Below are positions 29,847-38,931 of a DNA stretch of 64,000 nucleotides, piece after piece. This DNA is from an uncultured Verrucomicrobiae bacterium (GTDB lineage: Bacteria; Verrucomicrobiota; Verrucomicrobiia; Chthoniobacterales; UBA10450): assembly GCA_963735805.1 (NCBI GenBank), contig CAVTMK010000002.1:1-64000 (forward strand). Reading direction: 5' to 3'. The first letter of the stretch is position 1. Each line of letters starts with the position of its first letter. The translations under genes were made by a program, and so were the position numbers. The notes beneath the pieces are model-generated. The model saw nothing but the letters and a program-made list of their open reading frames with translations. It was not told where the DNA came from and did no database searches.

Positions 29847-29878
29847 ACCTGTCCCCCCGGTCAAAGCAATATTGCGCC

Positions 29879-30415
29879 ATGAAATTTAAGGATGTTGCCC
29901 TCAAGCAGTCGCGGTTACGGAACCCAGTTGCTACGAAGACTCTCGGAGATGGACAGCAGCCGATCACTGTCAGAAAAATTCTCGTGCCGACCGACTTTTC
30001 TGCCGCATCGAGGAAATCTCTGTCCTACGCACTACGCTTTGCGAAAGGACTAAATTCTGAAATCACATTGCTGCATATTCTTGAGCCGGATACTCCGCTG
30101 ACATTGTCTGGGCGGCCGGCTACGGCAGCATTCTCAAAAGAGGAATTGGTTGATGCGGAAGAAGCGTTGCGTGGTTTAACCGATTCGGCCAAAGCGGCTG
30201 GCGCCGCCGCTACAAAGTCAATACTCCGCACCGGGGTTGCGACGCACGAGATCGTCGAGACAGCCAAGGAGCTCGATGTCGATCTGATTGTGATTGCCAC
30301 GCATGGTTTCAGTGGTTGGAAACATTTCGCCATCGGCAGCACGGCCGAACGCGTCGCTCGAGCCGCGCCATGCCCAGTGCTCGTCGTTCGCGAAAAGGAA
30401 CACGATTTTATCTGA
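29879..30415 (+). CDS. Universal stress protein (single domain)
   Basis: [33 protein letters not shown]. Confidence 0.93.
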   Translation: MKFKDVALKQSRLRNPVATKTLGDGQQPITVRKILVPTDFSAASRKSLSYALRFAKGLNSEITLLHILEPDTPLTLSGRPATAAFSKEELVDAEEALRGLTDSAKAAGAAATKSILRTGVATHEIVETAKELDVDLIVIATHGFSGWKHFAIGSTAERVARAAPCPVLVVREKEHDFI

Positions 30416-30420
30416 GTACC

Positions 30421-30615
30421 ATGAAGCCGAAATCGTCACTCAAGAGGCGCACAACAGGCCACTCGAATCAAAAAGCGACGAACCGATCCCGAAAGCACCT
30501 CTCACGTCCCCAATGTCAACATCGGCATGGCCGGTTCGAATTTTCATGCGGGATCGACATGACACGGGCGTTGGTCGTCAAGGAATCCATAAAAGAGGAA
30601 GAAAGAGAACACTGA
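30421..30615 (+). CDS. Possible 64-aa hypothetical protein
   Basis: ATG 5 nt after the USP stop; the ORF fills the gap to the next gene; no recognisable motif. Confidence 0.35.
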   Translation: MKPKSSLKRRTTGHSNQKATNRSRKHLSRPQCQHRHGRFEFSCGIDMTRALVVKESIKEEEREH

Positions 30616-30625
30616 CGCAACTAAA

Positions 30626-31192
30626 ATGAAAACCCAAACCCAGACAAGAAAAGGAAACGAAACGAAAACAGAAGCCGAGGCACTGGCTACACGCGTGGCG
30701 CTACATCCATTCCTCGCTGGAATGGACCATGCGCAGCTAACGTTGCTAACCGATTGCGCTATAGAGGCGCACTTCAAACCTGGCGAGATCATTTTGCGCG
30801 AAGGCGAACTCGCCAATCGCTTTTATTTGATCGAGAGCGGGAAAGTGGTGCTGCAGTCCGGGAAAGATTCCGTGATCGTAGATACAATCGGCGCCGGTGA
30901 TTTGCTGGGCTGGTCGTGGATGTTTCCTCCTCACGTGTGGCATTTCAGCGCCCGCGCTGTGGAGCCGACGGAAGCAATCTTTTTCTACGGCACAATACTG
31001 CGTGAGTATTGCGAGCGTGATCCCTCGTTAGGCTACGAGCTTTTCAAACGCATGGCGCCGATCATGCTGCGGCGGTTGCAAGCCGCACGCGATAAAATGT
31101 TGGCCATCCATCATGGGCGGGCATCGCTTGAGCCGGTGGTCTTGGAGTCGCCATTCATGGACCAGGAGCAGGATGCCCTGGAGGATTCTTGA
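30626..31192 (+). CDS. Stand-alone cNMP-binding-fold protein (no HTH)
   Basis: HPFL, FKPGEIILREGE.ANRFYLIESGKV, GDLLGWSW. Confidence 0.88.
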   Translation: MKTQTQTRKGNETKTEAEALATRVALHPFLAGMDHAQLTLLTDCAIEAHFKPGEIILREGELANRFYLIESGKVVLQSGKDSVIVDTIGAGDLLGWSWMFPPHVWHFSARAVEPTEAIFFYGTILREYCERDPSLGYELFKRMAPIMLRRLQAARDKMLAIHHGRASLEPVVLESPFMDQEQDALEDS

Positions 31193-31449
31193 AAACGCGA
31201 ACCGATGACAGGGAATACCGCGGCCTCGTTACCGATCTACTTGCCGGCGCTTCCATTCTCCGGAAAGAAGCGGCGAGATTGGCCAAAGACGCCGATTGCC
31301 TTCACGAAACCATCGACCGGATGCACGCGGCAGCCGACCGCCTCCACCGAAGAATTGAGCAAACACATATCCGAATTCGCACCTACAGATCGCTCAATCG
31401 CATTCGCAAGTCGCCCGCCCGCCGCGGCTCCGGCTGCCAACAGTCTTGA
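31189..31449 (+). CDS. Small hypothetical coiled-coil protein
   Basis: TTG start overlaps the upstream stop; heptad-like pattern. Confidence 0.4.
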   Translation: MKTRTDDREYRGLVTDLLAGASILRKEAARLAKDADCLHETIDRMHAAADRLHRRIEQTHIRIRTYRSLNRIRKSPARRGSGCQQS

Positions 31450-31491
31450 CGCTGCCATTCGTGCGATCGAAACTAGGTCTTTTCCTGATGT

Positions 31492-32412
31492 ATGGTCGAG
31501 GCCGGTGCAAGCCGAGCGGAATCGAATAAGCAACTTATCGACATGTTGCGCCGGTCTCGATTATTTCGGGATTACGAGAGTGTCTTTACTAAGGCGACTG
31601 GCCTGCCGCTGGTGCTTCGGCCGTTGGAATTTTGGCAACTCGCGCATCACGGCAAAAAACACGAAAATCCATTCTGCGCTCTCCTTGCCGAAAACCCCGC
31701 CACTCTCAGCGTTTGTCTGCAAGCGCACCAGGACATGATCGACCACACGGGATCAATTCCCCACAGTGTCACATGTCCATTTGGTCTGACCGAGACGGCC
31801 GTGCCAGTGAAGCTCGGAGCTAACGTCATTGGGTATTTGCGGATTGGTCAGGTCTTGCGGCATTTACCGGCAAAGTCAGACGCCAACAAGGTGAGTCGAG
31901 CGCTGGAGCGATGCGGGGTTCCGTTCAAAAGCGAAGTTCGCAAAGCATGGGAGAGCAATCCTCTCATGCCACCCGACAAGTACAATGCCATTGTGCGGTT
32001 GCTCTCGTTTTTTGCCGAGCAACTCTCAGGTTTGGCGAACCAACTGGTCATCGAATCGCAAAACATTGAGCCACCGCTCGTGCAAAAGGCGCGTGATTAC
32101 ATCGACAAACACAAGATGGAGCCGCTTTCTTTGGACGCCGTCGCAAAAGCAGCAGGTGCAAGCGTCTTCCATTTTTGCAAAGTTTTCCACAAAGCGACCG
32201 GCTTAAAGTTTACAGATTACGTCGCGCGGGTCCGGCTGGAAGACGCGCGCACACAGCTGCTGAATCCGAATCGGCGCATCAGCGAAGTCGCGTACGACGT
32301 TGGCTTTCAATCGCTGACGCAATTCAATCGCGTTTTCAAGCGCGTGTTCGGGCAATCGCCGAGCAAGTTTCGCGAGCGGCTCGTTGCGAACCAGTCACGG
32401 AAAATTGGATAA
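31492..32412 (+). CDS. AraC/XylS-family regulator with N-terminal PocR sensor domain
   Basis: F..ATGLP, NPFC, VC, TCPFGLTETAVPV, IGQV (PocR pattern); C-terminal double HTH ISEVAYDVGFQSLTQFNRVFK. Confidence 0.92.
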   Translation: MVEAGASRAESNKQLIDMLRRSRLFRDYESVFTKATGLPLVLRPLEFWQLAHHGKKHENPFCALLAENPATLSVCLQAHQDMIDHTGSIPHSVTCPFGLTETAVPVKLGANVIGYLRIGQVLRHLPAKSDANKVSRALERCGVPFKSEVRKAWESNPLMPPDKYNAIVRLLSFFAEQLSGLANQLVIESQNIEPPLVQKARDYIDKHKMEPLSLDAVAKAAGASVFHFCKVFHKATGLKFTDYVARVRLEDARTQLLNPNRRISEVAYDVGFQSLTQFNRVFKRVFGQSPSKFRERLVANQSRKIG

Positions 32413-32482
32413 GAGCCGCAGCTACAGCTGGCGGACGTATAACTCGCGATCGTAGGGTTTGGTATTAAAAAACGGCGATTCG

Positions 32483-33457
32483 TCATTCAATCACCCCCAG
32501 GCCTTTTCTGGTGGATTTAGCCACGCGCATACAACGCAGCTCACACTCCCCCCGTCCTAGGGCTAGCCACCGACTTTCAAATTCCACCCACCGCTGCTCC
32601 TCGGGCAGCATGGTGTGGCTCACGGGAAATTCCATGATTTCGCAGGGCGCCACGAAATGGTTTGCAATGGAATAGACGGTTTCAGCTGGAACCACCGGAT
32701 CATTGAGTCCCAGACCAATGAGCGTTTCGCAGGAAACCATCCCAGCGAAGTTCACCGCGTCGAAATAGCGGAGCACTAACATGATGTCTTCGGTGGCCTC
32801 GGCACGCTCTTTAAGGTAATGCGCGATCTCCGCACCGGAACCAGATTTGACCAGGAAATATCGCCCCTCCGCCCATCCAAAGGTCGGCACGCCGAGCACA
32901 AGAAGATCCGACGTGTCCCAAATCGCCTCCGCCATAAGGGCGAGTCCGCCCGCGAAGCTGAATCCATAAGTCAGATGTCGGGTGGTCTGTCCCGCGAAGA
33001 GATCGCGGGCCAGGTGCATCGTGCGGCCGTAGTCGCAAACCGCACCGCGCAGAATGGATGTCTCGGGCGACTCGATTCCAGTCAGCACATATCCCCAGGG
33101 CGAAGGGGCCGGGACGGCCGCCGCCGAGTGGCCAAAGCCACGAATGTCAATGCCAACCACATTGTATCCAGCCTGAGCCCATTTCCACTGGATCTCGCAC
33201 TGCGAATGGTAGCCGTGGCTATGCACAACAAGCGGGCGTGGCGCGCCATCCAGCCAGCCGAGGCTGTAGCCAGTGATTTCGACCGCGCCTAACGAATGAA
33301 ACGTGAACTGGCACAATTCAAGCGACGGGTGACTCTCGTAGGTCACGGGTATCCGGCGCACGCTTGGATCGATAGCATTCAGCTCCTCGCACGTCTTCGC
33401 CCAGAACGATTCGAAATCCGGGGGGCGGGTTAGAGGCGGGCGAATCTGGCGTTTCAT
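32483..33457 (-). CDS. Acetylxylan esterase / cephalosporin-C deacetylase-like (CE7/AXE1) hydrolase
   Basis: PPDFESFW N-terminus, HGY, DIRG, GFSFAGG nucleophile, YFDAVNFA, DPVVP, terminal His. Confidence 0.85.
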   Translation of the reverse strand: MKRQIRPPLTRPPDFESFWAKTCEELNAIDPSVRRIPVTYESHPSLELCQFTFHSLGAVEITGYSLGWLDGAPRPLVVHSHGYHSQCEIQWKWAQAGYNVVGIDIRGFGHSAAAVPAPSPWGYVLTGIESPETSILRGAVCDYGRTMHLARDLFAGQTTRHLTYGFSFAGGLALMAEAIWDTSDLLVLGVPTFGWAEGRYFLVKSGSGAEIAHYLKERAEATEDIMLVLRYFDAVNFAGMVSCETLIGLGLNDPVVPAETVYSIANHFVAPCEIMEFPVSHTMLPEEQRWVEFESRWLALGRGECELRCMRVAKSTRKGLGVIE

Positions 33458-33482
33458 GAGACGCGCACGACGGCTCGCGAGG

Positions 33483-33512
33483 TTGCAGGCGTCGTAGCCG
33501 CTCTTCTATACT
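33483..33512 (+). promoter_or_regulatory. Sigma70-like promoter of the cNMP-acyltransferase pair
   Basis: TTGCAG-18 bp-TATACT, ending 9 nt before the ATG at 33522. Confidence 0.5.
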
Positions 33513-33521
33513 CCGAACGCG

Positions 33522-34001
33522 ATGCATGTCGAACAGGTCGTCCAGATCCCATTTTTTCAAGGGCTCCCGGCCGAAGCGCTCCGGCAAGTCGCTGCCGACG
33601 CGACCGTGCTCAGATTGGAACGCGGTCGGATCCTCATGTCGCAGCATGACGCTGCCGAGCATCTGTTCTTTCTGATTTCCGGCGTGGTGCAGTTTTACAT
33701 TCATTTTCAAGGCGTGGACGATCTGCTCGTCGGGACAATCCGTGAGCGAGGCGCGTTGCTCGGCTGGTCGGTTTTCCGGAAGCCCTATCGCTACACGGTC
33801 ACTATCCGTTGCGAAGAGGATTGCCAGGTCATGCGCCTCCCTCGCGAAACCATCATGGAACTGGTGCAAACGCAGCCGCGTCTTGGCTACCTCCTGTTAA
33901 AGCGGGTTGCCGCGACCCTCGCCAATAGACTTGAACAGACGCGCGATATTCTCGTTAGCTCCGCGACCTCAGGCGTGATGCCGACGGTGGGCGCCACATG
34001 A
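33522..34001 (+). CDS. Stand-alone cNMP-binding-fold protein
   Basis: IPFFQGL, LFFLISGVV, GALLGWS; ATGA-coupled to the next gene. Confidence 0.85.
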   Translation: MHVEQVVQIPFFQGLPAEALRQVAADATVLRLERGRILMSQHDAAEHLFFLISGVVQFYIHFQGVDDLLVGTIRERGALLGWSVFRKPYRYTVTIRCEEDCQVMRLPRETIMELVQTQPRLGYLLLKRVAATLANRLEQTRDILVSSATSGVMPTVGAT

Positions 34002-35503
34002 AATCAACCATCGAACTGATTCGGGAATCACCATTCTTCGAGACCTTCCCGTCCGAAGACATCGACGCGCTTGCCGCGCACGCGGGAATGCAAAGCGTCG
34101 CGGCCGGCGACGTAATCCTGCGGGAGAACGATCCGGCCGACGCGCTCTACATGATGGTGGCTGGCCAGGTGCGCCTCTCGTTCGAGATGGCCGAGGCACA
34201 TACCAGATCGCGTACGTCAGAAGAAGATCGCATTCTTATCCGGACGCTGACGGAACCAGGGCGGATCATTGGGTGGTCGGCGATGGTCGAGCCATATCAT
34301 TATCGCGCCACGGCGACGGCCATCGAGAACACCCACCTGCTGGTATTCGAACGTTCATGGCTGGAGCGACGCGCGGAAGAGTTGCCTGAGTTTGGAGTGC
34401 AACTAATGACGCGGATCCTCTGGGTGCTCGGCAACCGGTTACGAGAGGCGCGCATCCGGCTCGTGGCCAGCCGGTATGAGGAGGAAGCGCTTGCCATTCG
34501 CGCGCTAATCGAGGAAAGCGGCTCCGAGCTCAGCGTCACATCGCCCCTGCACAAGCTGCCCATTTATCTCGAGCGTAGGCTTACTCTGTCCGATGCCTTT
34601 CAAACGCTCGAGCTGCTCCGCCACCATGGCGACCCACTTGAGGCCAGTCTCGCGCGGATGTGCCTTGAAATTCTGAAGAACGTCCGCAAAGAACTTGATG
34701 TCTATCGGCGACTCCAGCAAATCTACGAAGCGGTGAGCGCGGCGCCGGAAGACACAACGCCAGAAGAGGTGAGGCGGCGCTGCTGCGTGGAATTCTGCCG
34801 GCTGTTCGAGCGCGTCGATTACATCATTGAGGGAGAAGAAAACCTACCCGCCGAGGCGGGGCACATCTTCGTCATGAACCACCTCGCTAATCATCCCGAG
34901 AACACGTTGCCTAACGATTTCCAGCTCACGCTCGACACACATTTTGTCTCCTGCATGGTGCTCAGCCCGAAGTATGGCGAGCCGCCGGTTCGCGTCATTC
35001 GCAAGTCGAACCCTCACGAATACGGCCACCAGAAGTATTTCGATCGTCTGGGATACATCTATGTCTATGCAAAACATGTCGATGAAGACGAACGCAACCC
35101 GCAGTTGCTGGCGGAGCAGCGGCGGCGGGTTTTCCTAGAAACCGCCGCCCGCTGCCTTCGCGACGGTCGGAACCTTGTAATCTGTCCCGAAGGAGCATCC
35201 ACCTCGACCGAACGCTCCCCGCTGCCGTTTAAAGCGGGGGCTTTCCGCCTCGCGGCCTTCGTCGACTCCGAACCATTGATCGTACCGGTAGTGGTGGCGC
35301 ATTTCGATCGCAAGATCACGCGGACCACTCTCATCGCGTGCGTGCACAAACCCTTCCTCCTGTCCGATCACGTTGCGAAGCCGGTGCAGGATGAAGCGCT
35401 CTTCGCGTTCATCGCCGAGTTCGGGGAGAAAATGCGCGCCTGGGTGCACGACGCTGCCGCTCGCGCCGCGGTCGGGGCGACACCTCGCTCCAGCATCTCG
35501 TAG
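33998..35503 (+). CDS. cNMP-binding domain fused to a PlsC-type acyltransferase domain
   Basis: N-terminal SPFFETF...ILREND.ADALYMMVAGQV...IIGWS; C-terminal IEGEENLP, IFVMNH, ICPEG, PFKAGAFRLA, IVPV. Confidence 0.85.
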   Translation: MKSTIELIRESPFFETFPSEDIDALAAHAGMQSVAAGDVILRENDPADALYMMVAGQVRLSFEMAEAHTRSRTSEEDRILIRTLTEPGRIIGWSAMVEPYHYRATATAIENTHLLVFERSWLERRAEELPEFGVQLMTRILWVLGNRLREARIRLVASRYEEEALAIRALIEESGSELSVTSPLHKLPIYLERRLTLSDAFQTLELLRHHGDPLEASLARMCLEILKNVRKELDVYRRLQQIYEAVSAAPEDTTPEEVRRRCCVEFCRLFERVDYIIEGEENLPAEAGHIFVMNHLANHPENTLPNDFQLTLDTHFVSCMVLSPKYGEPPVRVIRKSNPHEYGHQKYFDRLGYIYVYAKHVDEDERNPQLLAEQRRRVFLETAARCLRDGRNLVICPEGASTSTERSPLPFKAGAFRLAAFVDSEPLIVPVVVAHFDRKITRTTLIACVHKPFLLSDHVAKPVQDEALFAFIAEFGEKMRAWVHDAAARAAVGATPRSSIS

Positions 35504-35650
35504 CGCTGGCCTCGCGCTTATCGACACAACGCAATCACGACGGCGAAGACCAGGTATAGGCCAATCAGGATGGTCCAACCTACGCGATGCAATCGTGCAT
35601 CGGCAATCGGCCTAACGACTAATCGTTTCGTCGATCTTGTTCTTCCTATA

Positions 35651-35734
35651 ATTTTTCTTCACCTCGTTTCCGATGAATCGAAGTTCGTGACAAGAAGCGA
35701 GCTGGTGATCGACGGCGGCTACACGGCGCGGTAG
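35651..35734 (+). pseudogene. C-terminal remnant of a short-chain dehydrogenase (SDR)
   Basis: Reads IFLHLVSDESKFVTRSELVIDGGYTAR*, matching the classical SDR end (LASDE..FVTG..LVIDGG), with no upstream body. Confidence 0.75.
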
Positions 35735-35956
35735 AGGCCCCTTAGTAACCACCCAATTCGTTGATTTCCGACGACGTTCCTGATGGAGAGCAAGAGGGAA
35801 CAGCCGGGCTTCTTTCGAAAAACTGTTTAAGGGGCCAGTCCGGCGAGGATGTGTGTCAAACGACCGACGAGGAAATTCGGATACTCCCATCCAAGCCACT
35901 AACCGCCAAATCGTTTTAGCGGTAATGGACGCTGGGTCGCAGTTCGATGCGACTGC

Positions 35957-35991
35957 CAAGAATTGCGCTGTTCTTCGCAAGATTTGCCGAG
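35957..35991 (+). promoter_or_regulatory. Island operator 2
   Basis: CAAGAATTGCGCTGTTCTTCG CAAGATTTGCCGAG; CAAATT at 36013. Confidence 0.8.
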
Positions 35992-36041
35992 CGGGATTGC
36001 CACGTCTGATCTCAAATTGAAATTAAGAAAGGCAAAATAAC

Positions 36042-36539
36042 ATGAAAGTACAAGACGTAATGACATATGAAGTGCAGACTTGCCGTCCTGAAACCAATCT
36101 GGCCGATGCAGCGATGCGGATGTGGCGAGGCGATTGCGGTATCCTGCCGGTAGTGACCGACGGTCAGAAAGTCGTCGGTGTGATCACCGATCGGGATATT
36201 TGCATGGCCGCTGCGACCAAACGTCGCGACCTTACGCAAATCCGCGTTAAAGAGGTGATCTCCGGAAAGGTTTACGGCTGCTCGTCGGATAGCGACATTC
36301 ACGAGGCGCTCAAAATCATGCAACAGAAACAGGTGCGGCGGCTGCCGATCATCAGTGCCGAAGACGGAAGACTCGAAGGCATATTGTCGATGAACGATGT
36401 CGCGCTCAAAGCCGAAGGAGGTCGAGACGCTCAACTCTCGGCCCAGGATGTGGAGACGACGCTGCGAGGTATCTGCGCGCATCGGGAGCTTCCATTGGCC
36501 AGGCCTATGCAACAATCGGTCGCGCAAAGCGCGGCCTAG
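36042..36539 (+). CDS. CBS-pair protein (Hrp1/Rv2626c-like)
   Basis: MKVQDVMT, CGILPVV, GVITDRDI, QVRRLPI, GILSMND. Confidence 0.9.
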   Translation: MKVQDVMTYEVQTCRPETNLADAAMRMWRGDCGILPVVTDGQKVVGVITDRDICMAAATKRRDLTQIRVKEVISGKVYGCSSDSDIHEALKIMQQKQVRRLPIISAEDGRLEGILSMNDVALKAEGGRDAQLSAQDVETTLRGICAHRELPLARPMQQSVAQSAA

Positions 36540-36568
36540 AACCGCAAACGGAGACAACGGAGCAACCT

Positions 36569-37030
36569 ATGAAATCACATCAACCCGACGTTTTCGGAAC
36601 CACACTGGCAAAAACAAATTTGTGGCTCGAGCAAATGAGCGATGCACTTCATTGGGACGATCATCACAAGGCGTATCACGGACTGCGCGCGGTGCTGCAT
36701 GCGTTGCGAGACCGTTTGCCTGTTCCGGAAGCGGTCCATCTTGGCGCGCAACTGCCGATGTTAGTACGCGGGTTCTACTATGACGGTTGGAAACCGACTT
36801 CCACGCCGGTGAAGTTCAAAACAGCACAGGAGTTTTACGATGCCGTAAAAGCAAATTTTACCGCCGATCAAAACATCAATCCCAAACGCCTGACGGAGGC
36901 CGTGCTGCGATTGCTTACCAGACATATCACGCCCGGTGAGCTGGCGAAGTTGCGCTCAATTTTTCCGCCTCATCTTCGCGAGATCTGGCTCGGAGCGGAA
37001 CAAACCGTCGATCTTTCCGAGTATGTATGA
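36569..37030 (+). CDS. DUF2267-family protein
   Basis: KTNLWL, LRAVLHALRDRL, HLGAQLPMLVRGFYYDGW. Confidence 0.88.
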   Translation: MKSHQPDVFGTTLAKTNLWLEQMSDALHWDDHHKAYHGLRAVLHALRDRLPVPEAVHLGAQLPMLVRGFYYDGWKPTSTPVKFKTAQEFYDAVKANFTADQNINPKRLTEAVLRLLTRHITPGELAKLRSIFPPHLREIWLGAEQTVDLSEYV

Positions 37031-37440
37031 CTGCAGCGTCGCTGATCATTGTAGCTGATCGCGGTAGCCTGCGCGCATACGGCGTGGAGCAAACGCCCAC
37101 ACGCGGGCCTCACCTCAGACTGGTGCAGGCGTTTGAAGTCACTGATGTCATAAACGCTCCGAGCACGCGGCACACCACGCCAATGACCGATTGGCCTCAA
37201 CTGGAGGCAGAAATGGATCACCAAATTTGCAGGGAACTCGCGGCCGAGATTGCGAAAATTGCTGAGCGCAGTCCCGGTGAAGGCTGGTCGCTTGCCGCTC
37301 CAGCGTCGATTCACGCAGCGATTGTCGATCTTCTGCCATTGGAAATCCGGGAACGCATCGTGGAGCACTTGAAATCCGACCTGGTTAAGATTGAGCCCGC
37401 GAAGCTACCCGAACATTTTCGATCGCTTCAACCAATCTAA
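37027..37440 (+). CDS. Host-attachment-protein family (baeRF1/pelota-like fold)
   Basis: IIVADRG..RAY N-terminus, LAAP, C-terminal KSDLVK...L..HF. Confidence 0.65.
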   Translation: MTAASLIIVADRGSLRAYGVEQTPTRGPHLRLVQAFEVTDVINAPSTRHTTPMTDWPQLEAEMDHQICRELAAEIAKIAERSPGEGWSLAAPASIHAAIVDLLPLEIRERIVEHLKSDLVKIEPAKLPEHFRSLQPI

Positions 37441-37508
37441 TTCGCACAGGTGCCTCAGAAACAGTTCAAACGTAATCAACGAAAACAAGATGAGAATGGA
37501 TAAACCTT

Positions 37509-37742
37509 ATGGCTAAATGCGAACATTGCGGAAACGAATATGACAAGGCATTCGAGGTTAGCTTTCAGGGAAAAATGCATGTCTTCGACAGCTTCGAGTG
37601 TGCGATTCAGGCGATGGCGCCGGAATGCAATCATTGCCATTGCAAAATTATTGGCCACGGCGTGGAAAACGGCGGCCAAATATTTTGTTGCGCCAATTGC
37701 GCGCGCGAGCGTGGTGAAAACCGGCTGCGCGATCGGATCTAA
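37509..37742 (+). CDS. Small Cys-rich metal-binding protein (two TRASH-like repeats)
   Basis: 9 Cys in 77 aa: CEHC...FDSFEC and CNHCHC...FCCANC. Confidence 0.8.
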   Translation: MAKCEHCGNEYDKAFEVSFQGKMHVFDSFECAIQAMAPECNHCHCKIIGHGVENGGQIFCCANCARERGENRLRDRI

Positions 37743-37802
37743 ATCAGTTTAAGTTTTCTGACAAAGCTCCAGGCACCGCGACGACAGTTTTCACCGAGTG
37801 AT

Positions 37803-38765
37803 ATGACAGAGGCAACTTCCACAACAGGTTCCGGCTCGCAGCTGGAGTTCAAGATCGAAAGAATTCTGGTACCGCTGGATTTCTCTCCCGCATCAATGGA
37901 AGCGCTGGAGTACGCTATTTCGCTGGCGAAACAATTTCGAGCCGCCATTCATCTTGTGCATGTGTACCCACCTGATGAGGCTGCTTCAATGCCGGGCGCA
38001 GCGCATCTCTTACTGCAATCAGCCGAAGCGATCGAGCGTCTAAATGAGGAATTAACTGGGATTCATCGCAAGCGGGTTGAGCCGTTTTGTCCGGAGAATT
38101 GTCACGTTCGCAGCGGTCGACCATACGAGCAGATTATCCGTTTGGCTCGCGAGATTGCTGCTGACTTAATCGTTCTTTCGACGCGCGGCCATAGCGGCCT
38201 CAAGCATCTTTTACTTGGCAGCACAGCGGAACGAGTCGTCCGCAGCGCCCCGTGCCCCGTGCTTGTCGCGCGGAAACGGAAACGAAGATCGAAGGCGAGG
38301 CCCGAAGCATTCGCCATCCGCACCATCCTGGTTCCGACGGATTTCTCGCAGTGTGCGCTCGCGGGAGCCGAGTACGCAGCGTTTTTGGCAAGGACGCTTG
38401 GTGCCACGCTCCGTCTCTTTCACGCGATCTATCCCTATACAAATTACGTGTTCGTTGACCGTGCCGGCGTCCGTCTCTCCGGGCTGGTTGAAGCGGTGGA
38501 AGAAACAGCTCGACAGGAAATGGACGCACTCAAACAGATGAATTTTTTGAGCGGTCTGCCCGTTCAAACCCAGACTCTTCCGGGTCACGCAGTGGACGAG
38601 ATCTGCGCCGCAGCGAGCCAGCCGAATGTGGATCTCATCGTTACTTCCACCCATGGCCGCACAGGATTCAAACATGCGGTCATCGGGAGCGTGGCTGAAC
38701 ATGTCGTCCGCTACGCCGATTGTTCAGTCCTGGTTATTCCCAGCCGCTCTCACCCCAAATCCTGA
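37803..38765 (+). CDS. Universal stress protein (tandem domains)
   Basis: Two ILVPxDFS...GS.AE.VVR units. Confidence 0.93.
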   Translation: MTEATSTTGSGSQLEFKIERILVPLDFSPASMEALEYAISLAKQFRAAIHLVHVYPPDEAASMPGAAHLLLQSAEAIERLNEELTGIHRKRVEPFCPENCHVRSGRPYEQIIRLAREIAADLIVLSTRGHSGLKHLLLGSTAERVVRSAPCPVLVARKRKRRSKARPEAFAIRTILVPTDFSQCALAGAEYAAFLARTLGATLRLFHAIYPYTNYVFVDRAGVRLSGLVEAVEETARQEMDALKQMNFLSGLPVQTQTLPGHAVDEICAAASQPNVDLIVTSTHGRTGFKHAVIGSVAEHVVRYADCSVLVIPSRSHPKS

Positions 38766-38850
38766 TCTTTCGGTGCCAGCTTGCAACGGACGGGTTTGCG
38801 TTTTGGCATGCGGCCGTATTTCGCCGCTGTTTCATTCTGGGGGCCCTGCA

Positions 38851-38885
38851 CAAGAATTGGACAATCCTTCGCAAAATCCGGCAAG
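38851..38885 (+). promoter_or_regulatory. Island operator 3
   Basis: CAAGAATTGGACAATCCTTCG CAAAATCCGGCAAG. Confidence 0.75.
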
Positions 38886-38931
38886 TGATTGGCGGAAGGC
38901 ATTGTCTATTTGCGTTCGAGCGGCACGACAA

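Noticed and set aside
30441..30500. Single half-sites CAAGAGGCG and CAAAAAGCG (also CAAAGGATG at 63246)
   Set aside because: No partner half-site at 21 bp, so not counted as operators.
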